From Tubiluchus corallicola (taxonomy: Eukaryota; Animalia; Priapulida), in the NCBI GenBank assembly GCA_030141605.1, contig JAQGDQ010000976.1:1-64000 (forward strand): DNA of 64,000 nucleotides, in the 5' to 3' direction. Positions 53,245 through 64,000 of this stretch are shown one piece after another (position 1 is the first letter of the stretch; each line of letters opens with the position of its first letter). The notes beneath the pieces were generated by a model that was given only the letters and a program-made list of their open reading frames with translations, searched no databases and was not told the origin of the DNA. The translations under genes and the position numbers were made by a program.

Positions 53245-53697
53245 AATATTTCAAAAGTATTAAGAGTAACACAATTTGATAATGGTGATCACCTGCATAC
53301 TTTTTCCACAGTAATCTTAATAAAACGTGACTATGCTCAACAGGTTACTGAACACTTTATAATCATGATCACAGTTTTTCTTAGTTCTCGCTCCATTTCA
53401 TCTTTCATTCACTACCCCCCTCACTTTTATGTATATAATATCATTATTTCAATTATTAATCACTTCCTTAAGATTTCCACGTACAGTTTTGCCTGTCAAG
53501 CTATGCTTTTACGCTCAAACTGTATGCATCAAAATTATTCTGTAATGTAATTTGCACATGTATATGCTGAATAAGAATCTCTTTTGTAATTTCTGGATAA
53601 TAATGCATTTATATTTATATTTACTTCAGTGAAATTATCTGTATTTTTATTATAACTGTTAGATACAGAGTGGAAATAAATAAACTTATAACTTATA
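53245..53697 (+). mobile_element. LINE-like 3' tail, copy 2
   Basis: Twin of 51295-51747. Confidence 0.7.
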
Positions 53698-56549
53698 GCA
53701 CCCAAACGTAGGCAACTATTTTTACTTACCTTGCAGCATTACTTTTGTTAATTTTTATTTGGGCATTGCCTCAAAAGTCACAGTTAAAAGTTTTACATTT
53801 TTTCTACTTGAACGCGTTCAAAAAAAGCCAATCAACAAATCCAGTAAGGCCTGCATACCTTAGGGGTTATTTTTAGAATCACATTACGTTACACGGGGCC
53901 CTACGGGCGCTAATTAGAGAACCCGTTCCTCCTGTGTCCAGTCCAGAGTCAAGTGCAACAATATTGTGTAAGTTACAAATTGTTTTGTGTTGCCGCTCTT
54001 GTACAAGCAGATTAGTTCGGCTCAATTAATCCACAAAGCTAATCTCTGGTCTGCACCCTATCGGTGTCCGTAGATCAAAGGATGCCGCCAGCAGCAGCCG
54101 ATCTCTTCAGCTGCCACATCAACTTCTACTAGCAAGATAAATGACCAGCAGCTAATGCACGTTTAGCATGGTCCAAGTTCTCACGAGTGCTGTCCAGTAT
54201 GAAATGACCAGCACCAAATCACCACGGTGGATTGAGTTAATAGTAACTTTGCGTCATATGCTAATTGAACTTTAGTATTAGCAGCTCCCGTTTGCTTGAT
54301 TTCATCTGTCATGCCCTCGTGCGTAAGGCTTATTATATTTAAATTTAAGATCCACATGCGTATATTAAGCAAGGCAAATTTTAGTTTTGGTATGCTTAGT
54401 ATGAAAGTATACTTACTGCAGAGATACTAAAAAGAACCCTATTCCTAATGCTGAATGACATAGCACTTTGAATATGTTTATAAGTAAGAATGGCACAGGA
54501 AATAATGACACAATTAGTAAAATATGTGTTTAGGGCTAGGGTTAGTGGGATGTAATTATTTTAGTCACTTTTATCTCTACCAATGAAGTTATGCTTTAAC
54601 ACAATTTGTTTGTTTGTCTGTTTGTTTGTTTTTTGTCTGTTACGGCAGTAAGTCTATTACGCAAAAACTATCTACCAGATTTCTATGAAACTTTCTGAAG
54701 AGAGGCGGACTTAGAGAGTGCCAAAATGGTTCTTTTCGCTGGTTCCTTTTTTCGCAAAAATTGGCCGAAGACCATGTACCAAAAACAACGTTCACGAAGG
54801 TTTCAGAAGGAGTGTTTAGTACTTCAAAATTGTTATCTCCATTTAACTTTTTTTATTAATATATGTAACCTAATAATGTGACTTGGTAGGTATTTTTCAG
54901 CCTATTACCACTGGCAAAATTAATGGTTAAAAAAGCAGATAAACACTATATGAAATATTTGTGCATCATTAATTCTAAATCTATTTAATGAACAAATATA
55001 ATGACGAATAAGGATTGTTCAACTTTAGCAGAGCTCTGCTTCCTGCTGAGCGCATTCCAATTTTATTGTCGAAATCAATTGCATCAAAATAACATGTGTG
55101 CTATTTTTCCTGTGCCATTTTTCCTGTGCCATTTTTATCTGTGCCATTTTTTCCAGTGCCATTTTACTGTGCTATTTTTACCTATGCATTTTAACGGTGC
55201 ACCGTTTAAATTATATCCAACATAATAAATTGTATCCAATAAATTGGGAAACACACAGAAGACAATGAACCACTGTTTGATGAGAGGCTCTTAGTTAGCT
55301 TTCCAGGTGATTAAACATTTTTTTCATTTAGGATGCAAGTTAAAATGCTCCTCCGTTCCTGAAATTATAACATGTCTAGTATATATAACTAATTCTACTG
55401 TAGCGTAATGCTGGCTGCTCAGAAATAAAAAAAATACTTTTTAGACCCCTCATGGACACTCGACAGAAGTCAATGGGTCTTCATGCTGAGTAACAAAGCA
55501 CTTGAAATATGTCTTAAATGTAAAACAGAGAATGTGTCCAAGACTAAGACAAAGGAAGCCAGTTTGCTTAAATAATACTTTTAAGTATTTAAAAATTTTA
55601 GGTTTAGAGTGAATGTGGTTGGGGCGAAGAACCAACTTGAGGTCATATGTGCCCCTTCTGTTACTCGGAGTTAGAAATGCACGCGCATGCGCCCTCGTCA
55701 GCAAACTTGTGAATTTATCAGTTAGTCATCTAATTTATCCGAAAAATCGTAAATTCGAGAAATTTCTCTTATTACCAAATTAATAACATTTTGTAACTAC
55801 TTCATAAGAGAGATGTAATGCGGCCAATACTACAAATTAACGGTTTTATGTATGGTAACGTGTGCAAACTTGCTAGTGCCTCGTTTCAAACGAAATGAAG
55901 CCACAGAGAAGCCCGTGAAAGAGTTCTCTTGGTCAATAGCGCAGACGTTCTTTCCTAAGATGAGCTTTTCGGTTGAGATCTAGAACAGTTTATGGATCAT
56001 ACGCTGCTTGTATACAACCAGTAAAGTAGGTTTAATGAGCTACAAAGAGAAAATGAGGAATTTGCTGTTTAGATTACAGATTACTTCACTTGGTGATCAT
56101 GGCAGAGGAATAGTTGAGCCAGATGATTTTATGTGGTTCGCTGGCGTTTTTACATATTCAAGTAGACATGAATTTTTGACGATATAAAATGGTATAGAAC
56201 TTAAAGTATTAAAAACTCATTAGTTCTAAACGGTTGTTGGTCACTTAAACTCCATGACACGAATAGCTAGTAGAATAAGCAATTGCTCTTAGACGGAAGT
56301 ATTAAGCCGTGGAAAAGTTTAAATTGTGATGGTTTGTTTAACTAGAGAGATTGATGGTCTGATGGACAATGGCTAGTGTTTTAAATGCCCAAAAATCTCT
56401 GTCCATTTCACCACAAAATCTGCTGAGTGTAATTACTGAGACTGAATTCACACTTTACATTTCCCGATGATTAAACATGTCAGATTTTGTAGAAATTTAA
56501 AGTGATCAGTAGAATGGAAGCAACCTGTTTTATACTATTAATTATATTA

Positions 56550-56970
56550 TATAGTATAAAGTAGTATAGTATTTTATAGTATAGTATAATATAGTATAGT
56601 ACAGTATAGTCATAGTATAGTATAGTATAGTATTTTATAGTATAGTATAATATAGTATAGTACAGTATAGTATAGTATAGTATAGTATAGTATAGTATAG
56701 TATAGTATAGTATAGTATAGTATAGTATAGTATAGTATAGTATAGTATAGTATAGTATAGTATAGTATAGTATAGTATAGTATAGTATAGTATAGTATAG
56801 TATAGTATAGTGTAGCATAGTATAGTATAGCATAGCATAGTAGTGTATTGTACAGTATAGTATAGTATGGTATGGTATGGTATGGTATGGTATGGTATGG
56901 TATGGTATGGTATGGTATGGTATGGTATGGTATGATATGGTATAGTATAGGATAGGCTAGGATAGTGTAG
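56550..56970. repeat. (TATAG)n/(TATGG)n pentanucleotide microsatellite
   Basis: Pentamer arrays. Confidence 0.97.
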
Positions 56971-57735
56971 TATTTTATATTATCAAATAAATATTAAAAA
57001 CCTTTAATGCAGTTTAGTCCAGACGTAAATGTAAACTACGCAAGATTCAGTAACACCGAAACTGAAACAGTACGATACGCAAATACGCATAAATTGCAAT
57101 TGGCTTTACAATTATACCTGCTCAGTATGTAAGTTTTCAATTAGCTAAGTATACCTAATAGTTTCTATCAGCCAAATAATTAACAAAACTATCGCATGCG
57201 TTAGTAACTCCAAAAATCTCTATTTAATTTAAGAAAAAAGAAAGAAAGTTTATTCTGCTCCCGTATGTGTGCATTCAGTTTATTTAAACTTTATTTTCCG
57301 TCTACCCACTTTAAAGTGTCTGATTACAAATTTATTTTTATGCTTGTGTTGCTTTTAATGTTAATTACTTATAGAGATAGAGATTATATCACAATCGAAT
57401 ATTTGGGGCTGAAGAACAGAGTTTAGTGCTTAGTAAAACAATCATTGACGCTATACAGGGGGCCCAGTGTCCGGCTCGTAGCTAAAATTAGTTAAAAATG
57501 TTTAGCCATTGTTTTAATACTGTATAAAACGAAACAAACATATGTAATTATAATGTTGTAATTGTAATTTTAAACAAATAAATTAATTTAAACATAACCT
57601 TGATAAACTCTTAAGCAAAAAATATTGCTTTCTTACGAATAATCTAAATTCTCGTAAATCAGGAATATGCCTATACACGGCTTTTGAGCATTTGACTAAC
57701 TGACAACACGTACTGCAGTGAGTGACAGTACTCTT

Positions 57736-57931
57736 CTCAGATATGTGCGCATGGCAGCATTGCTTGGGCTGTGAAGCAAACAGTACTCTTTCTACCTAAA
57801 GTACAGCGCCTCAGATACGTGCGCATGGCAGCATTGCTTGGGCTGTGAAGCAAACAGTACTCTTTCTACCTAAAGTACAGCGCCTCAGATACGTGCGCAT
57901 GGCAGCATTGCTTAGGCTGTGAAGCAAACAG
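57736..57931. repeat. 74-bp tandem repeat, about 2.6 copies
   Basis: cagata(t/c)gtgcgcatggcagcattgcttgggctgtgaagcaaacag at 57738, 57812 and 57886. Confidence 0.9.
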
Positions 57932-60900
57932 AACTACCCTCACTTGTTCCAGTTCCGCACAAGTATACAGAAAGAACTAAAGAAAAAAAATTATTATATT
58001 GAATATTATCGATAATAATGAGTGAAAACAGGGGGTGCTGCAGTACCACAGTACCTATACACGAGCCGCCACTGCTGGGGCCTATTTTACCATACGCTTA
58101 ACTATGAGTTAACTTCCGAGAACTACATGCCACGAAGTTTGAGGAATATTAAAAAAATTAGCGTAGTATTACAAAAAATGGCAAAGCAAGCAGAAAATGA
58201 TCTGATTAAAGATTAGCTTATGTTGAGTGTGTGGATAATGGCTGCGTGTAAAAGTTTTATTGATTTATGTTAACAGCTTTAGGAACCAACGAGTCAAGAG
58301 GTTCATGCTGTAAGGCGCTAATTATAATTTGCTTCTTCACATGTCTCTTGTACAAACTAAACTGTAAATCAGCTCGCCAACTCGGTCCATAAAGCTGACG
58401 GAAGCAATTGGTACAATATCTCTACTCAAATACGTACAGCAATAGCGCAGAATATTAGAGATTTATTGATGTAATAATACTATGCAGCGCTAGTCTGGCT
58501 TAGACTATAAACCCGTTTATACTTCGCCTTCCCATAAAATGCACCTCAGCTGTTTAAAAGCGAGTACGGACTATAAAAACTACTGTATACAGGCACCTAA
58601 TGTAATTCTTGTCAATGGCGAAGTTAGACAAACCAACTGTAATACATAAACTACAGTAGATGAAGATATATAAAGTTTTATAACGAGATAATGAGTTTGG
58701 CTTTAATATTTAGCGAGTTGTGGTAACGCCTCTGCATGCGGTAAACATTTTTACCCAGTCTATAAAACGCTAAAAGTGTTTGGGAAAATAATTTGCAGAA
58801 AGTTACAGCAAACTGGACTGTCAAGCAAATTTATAATGAGTTTCCCCTTTCATAATTCTGTAAATGAAATGACTAACATGTCAACCCAATTGTTCTTTAC
58901 CGTGAAAGAGCTCAATTCCGTGGCCAACGGTTATATCTGTACTGCCATATATGTAGCCATAATGTAGGTCTGCATAACAGACTATATATTAGCATATATA
59001 TTATTGGCATAACATAGCAAATATGCCAATAATATAGACAAAATTTATTTTGAGATAAATTTTCACTTTTATCATGTGAAATCGCAGATTATTTAATGTC
59101 ATTTTCTAACATCATATAATTATGATAAATATTTTCAGTAAAATGGCTATTTCTTTTTGCATTAAATGTTTATATAGTGACAAAATCATGCGATAAGCAG
59201 GTAATCTAAATAATATTACTAGCATAGTGTATGAAAAATGTTTGATGAAGTAATAATACAAATTTCATACCAATAAAGGGACTTAGAGCTGCATATATTT
59301 GAATATCACAGTGTAATGCTCCTTCATTGCATGTTGAGAAAACAGTTTTTTGTTTGTTTAGCATTTCCTAAGATTATAATAATCTTCATAAATAAGCGTA
59401 AATCTTAATTAATTATTATTTAGATGAAATAAATTGGAAATGGTTACGTTAAAAATTTGCAAACAGATTTTTAATCCTTTTTATTATTTTAATTTACTGA
59501 CGCGGCATCTTTGAAGTATTTTATGATTTAAGCTGTGTCACTTTTGTCTTTTTCCTGCTAATAGAATGGTCAATAATAGAAAAAATAAAGTAAATTTTTT
59601 ACATAAATTTAGTAGATACTGAACTTGCTGTAAATAACTAAAATTGACTCCATTGTTTAGTCTTACTAAAATTGGATTACGGGGGCTCAAAGGAGTGAAA
59701 AAAACTTATAGAAAAATTGTTATTATAGGTTGTTTTCTATATTTTAGTTGAATATTTCTTATTATTCATTACCACTGATTTTAAAGCAAATTAATCTAAA
59801 GCATTCAAGTTACAGCATGCTGAAAAATTACATTTTCTCTGTACTATTAGAACTGCAAAAATCTAAGAATTAGTTAGTTAAATATTATGACTTAAAAGAA
59901 TGCAAAACAAAGAAGTTCGCCTGTTAATAAAACCTTGGCAGAAATTTTTGCCCATAATTAAATGGACGTACTGTCGGTCATATTAAAGTTATTATGCCAA
60001 TGCAAAGCAAAAACGTGTACAGGCAAATGAATTCGTCAGCTTAAAAATGGGCCTGCATGTAGCCAAAAATTTAATCTCCCACTGTTTACTTTTAAAATTT
60101 AAATAAAAATATAATCTATGAATTCATAAAATAAATTCATATGTACAAAGTGGCCAGTGATGATTATCAGTGAGGCAGTTAAAATGGGTTTAAATTAGTA
60201 AAAATCATTATAAACTAAAATGGATAATTATTAATTATTCTGCAGCATAAGCTTTAACACAGAGAGGCAGTAAAAATTTCTTTGTAAAAAATCTACTTTC
60301 TAGAATTGCATAGGCGCCGTTATGTTCTAACGTTTCCGAGTTCTGCGGGTGTGTAACCAAAATTTCCATCAAATTCGCTATTCATAAAATGGAGGAAAAA
60401 TAATACCTTGCACATATATGCATTACTTAAATAAAATAGTATACCTTTGCAATACGGTATATAATACAAGTTTAAAGCTTTATATGAAAAGTTGTCATAG
60501 CTTCCTACGTATAATACATTTTTTTAAATAGTTGGGTGCTCGCTTGATGCCAACTGACGCGTTTTCAAATTTTCATATATACTTACATATAATTCATAAA
60601 TAACCCTTATAAATAAATATAAAAAAACCATTCAAATGTGAAAAATTACAAACACCTATAGTGCTCAAACGTGCTAGCTATGTGTCATCAAGCTAATCAA
60701 ACACATCAGTAAGGCGCACATGTGCAATGTCTTAGCTTAAAATATAAGCATATTAAAAATATTTTAAGAATATATACACTACATAATCTTTTATGAACTA
60801 CAAGATATGCATGCAATATGTAAGTAATGTTTTAAATCGTTTACGAGTAAGATGGAGTTGATACATTATAAAGACAAAGCGACATAAATTAGTTTGAATT

Positions 60901-61480
60901 GAACGGTTGCCTTGAAAACCCAATGCATGATAATTCCAGTGAAAACGCGTTTACATTTTAACAGGTAAGGTGACGACACACGTGTGTATATACGTGTGGC
61001 TTCTTTGTCAACTTACACCTGACAGATTTTGAAAATTAATAAGCAGTCATCGAGAACAAATCTGTGCACTGCACTTGATGACCGAGTGAACTTTGCCCAG
61101 CTCCACGTGGCGTAATACCAGCTAATTAATTAAACTTGATACAGTAGTCAGAAACAAGTGCGTATAGTGTGCAGCATAAATTTCAGGTGAACTCACAAAC
61201 CTGTGATTATTACTCCTAAATTATAATTGTAATTTAAAACGGTTAAAATATTTAAAGCAAACTGCTGAAACGTTTTAATTTTATAATCCTGCACTGGTAG
61301 TGGCTAAGGACTTTAATAACGTCTTTGCGATACAAAGCAATTCGCTTAAACGACTTCATCTTTGATTAAAATGAAGGTGTTATAACCGCAAGTTTTCGGT
61401 TTTATGGACAAAAATATTAAATGTGTCATTTATGTTAAAAATGCAAAGCTTATAGACCTAACTAAATTAGAATAATAACT

Positions 61481-62010
61481 AAACCTTAATATAACTGCCT
61501 TAGGAACTAATGATCTATTGAAGTTGTTATTATTCGGAAAAGATGAATTTAACTATGTTGCTAACTGTAAAATATTCCAATGTATACATGACTTTATATT
61601 ACGTACTAAACGCTTCAAATAGTTTCTATCTGATATGAAATGCATCAGTCTTAAATATTCGTACATTAATATTTTCTAACCGTGATTTTCTACTAATGTC
61701 TAATGTAATCTTGTAGTAAAACTTGTCAGCTTGTGTAGCTATAGTCTATTCTTACTGCAAATGTTACTAATGTCTGATGTATTCTTGTAGTAAAACTTGT
61801 CAGTTTGTGTAGTTATAGCCTATTCTTACTGTAAATGTTACTAATGTCTAATGTAATCTTGTAGTAAAACTTGTCAGCTTGTGTAGTTATAGTCAATTCT
61901 TACTGTAAATGTTTTTGCAAATAGTGTATAAAGTCTGTTGTGGTGAGGATCCTAAATCATGTTGTTCAAACTGTCTGATCCAATCCTATAATAAATTATG
62001 TTTAAACTAA
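61481..62010 (+). mobile_element. 5'-truncated LINE of the same family as 41532-41950
   Basis: Near-identical LKLLLFGKDEFNY...TKRFK* and 3' UTR; an internal 3'-UTR block of about 75 bp is triplicated in this copy. Confidence 0.85.
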
Positions 62011-62099
62011 GTAAATTATTTATAAAGAAGACTCTGAGATATTGATCTAAACTTTTTAGCTTTGTCTGTAAATAGAATGTTTCTTTTGAATAAAAATCG

Positions 62100-62660
62100 C
62101 ACTTTTGGTTGTGAAAAAAGCAAATATAACAAAATTATTATAAAGATTTCATATTTACTATATTTAATTACTTAAGAAGATTTAAAGAATTGTATACGGG
62201 CTTCTCAAGGAAAGACTAAATACGTGTACTATGTAAATATTAATCCAGAGTTAGTATCAGGGTTTTATGATGAGAGAGAATTGTTTACTGATGCTTATAA
62301 AAATAGTGTATTAATATTTCACGATTTAGCTATCGAAAGAGGTTGTTTCCAACATAAACCTATAAAAGATAGATTATGTGAGTTTTGTAAACGTATGTTA
62401 CTAATTGACGTTGAAAAACATTTCATTTTGAATTGTAAAACAGCAGCATTAGCACGTAAATTATGTGATGTTGGGAATTGTAACTTTCGAAATTTAATCG
62501 GTAATTTTGATGCTGTACACAAATTCACGCAATGTTTCCTTTGTACTCTGGTGTACTATTAGACCTAAACGAGCAGCACGATTTATAATATGGCTAAATA
62601 GATAATAGTTCATTAGATGCTTGTAATTATGTAATTAATTTGTAAGCAAAAAACTATAAT
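62100..62660 (+). mobile_element. LINE ORF2 C-terminal remnant (RTE-X/L2-like CCHC)
   Basis: LAIERGCFQHKPIKDRLCEFCKR...DVEKHFILNC resembles LxIExGR...RxCxxC...EDExHFxxxC. Confidence 0.7.
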
Positions 62661-62784
62661 ATGCAGATTTCGTGCGGCACAAGTCGCGAAATGGTAAAAA
62701 ATGCTCCAAATGTATTTCTGAAAACGTAAAAATTGTCATGTAATTTTTAAACTGGTTGTTACACGTAAATTTGGAGAATGAACA

Positions 62785-63103
<319 letters not shown>

Positions 63104-63460
63104 AGGTAACTTTTAGGCGTACTGTGCTTTAAACAAATTTTGCAATGGAAACAGTTAAAATGAAAACAGTCAGGCGAAAAATTATTATTTTACATTGGCG
63201 ACAAAAAATGATCTTAGTTTCGTCATTTTACTTCCTATTTAAACATGTTATTTACTGGAAAAGTTTCAGCGCGATGAATAGCCTCTAATATAGCAGCTTG
63301 GAATTAAAACAAAAAAATTGATTCTTATTATTAGATTATAAAAATAATCAAGCTAAACAAACAAATAACCTTTTCAACGCAAATAATGTGCATAACTTAA
63401 GCAATATACGTATCTTATATAAACAGCCTATAGTGTAGGAAAGTGTGGTGAGGAACTTAC

Positions 63461-63944
63461 CAGAGGATGTGTCTTTTTTCATCCATTCATAAGGTCCTCT
63501 AGCAGAACTTTGTCTGTTTAGACCTTCTTGATGGTTGCTGGCCACAGGACTTGCACCATTTGTACTGTTATTGCCAGTTATTATAGTATTGCACACTCGA
63601 CTATGAGAATAATGGTCCAAGACTGTCCCTGTGCCCGGCGAACGTCCCAATCCCATCGGGTGGTGATAACTTTGGGGCGTTGTTGCTGTCATAGGACTCG
63701 ACACTGGGGTACTCTGTAGCATAGTCGTCCAAGGATCCTCGAATTGGTTTCTTGCAGGAATCTGTGGCCATCCTTGCTGGATGGGTTCTGTGGAATATGC
63801 AAAGTCTCCCGTCCATCCCGAGGAACACTGAGACGGAGACGAATGTTGATGTCCATAGGCGAAATTCAGATTGTAGCCGTTTTGTGCCGAATGCCTGCTA
63901 CTGTGAAACATCGTATTATACCCGGGTTCATAGATCAAAACCAT
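63461..63944 (-). CDS. Cdx: Cdx/caudal, coding exon 1 (activation region and hexapeptide)
   Basis: MVLIYEPGYNTMFH...RGPYEWMKKDTSS; Cdx-type PYEWM hexapeptide; donor G|GTAAGT at 63461/63460; phase 1 joins exon 2 as G-KTRTKDKY. Confidence 0.9.
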
Positions 63945-64000
63945 GATCTAAGTCAGTTTATCATATTCGTCAAAAACTCGATGAACAAATTACGTGAAAG

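Noticed and set aside
53725-53850. Extra Cdx coding exon ending at AAG|GTAAGT
   Set aside because: Weak acceptor and no sensible in-frame peptide; exon 1 joins exon 2 cleanly.
53980-54390. U6-like or intact LINE sequence (CAGAGATTAGC; LKFALLNIR on the minus strand)
   Set aside because: Only short matches; at most a decayed retroelement fragment.
63348-63460. C-terminal part of the 198-aa ORF as coding sequence
   Set aside because: Read-through into the intron past the GTAAGT donor at 63460.

Overview
AT-rich, intron-containing animal DNA (invertebrate bilaterian; the 5S-like sequence looks spiralian from memory), not prokaryotic. Four protein-coding genes can be assembled by hand from splice signals. 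(1) The terminal exon of a Vps62/DUF946-like gene (+, 1169-1845). (2) A 5-exon secreted PAN/apple-like plus F5/8 type C (discoidin) gene (+, 5019-11500, about 264 aa). (3) A complete 8-exon aspartylglucosaminidase, AGA (-, 24720-13068, about 360 aa), with a GC-AG first intron and one intron fewer than human. (4) A complete 3-exon Cdx/caudal ParaHox gene (-, 63944-32425, about 253 aa) with a 29.3-kb first intron. No Xlox/Pdx or Gsx homeobox is seen in the 32 kb 3' of Cdx. The rest is non-autonomous DNA transposons (hAT-, Tc1- and Kolobok-like), LINE 3' ends, minisatellites and long microsatellites; most long ORFs in the supplied track are repeat artefacts. The most novel-looking element is a roughly 490-bp chimera at 3600-4090: a full 5S rRNA head, an RTE-like endonuclease start, a hairpin and a (CAA)n tail, i.e. 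a candidate 5S-derived SINE. All calls come from reading the sequence; no searches were run.
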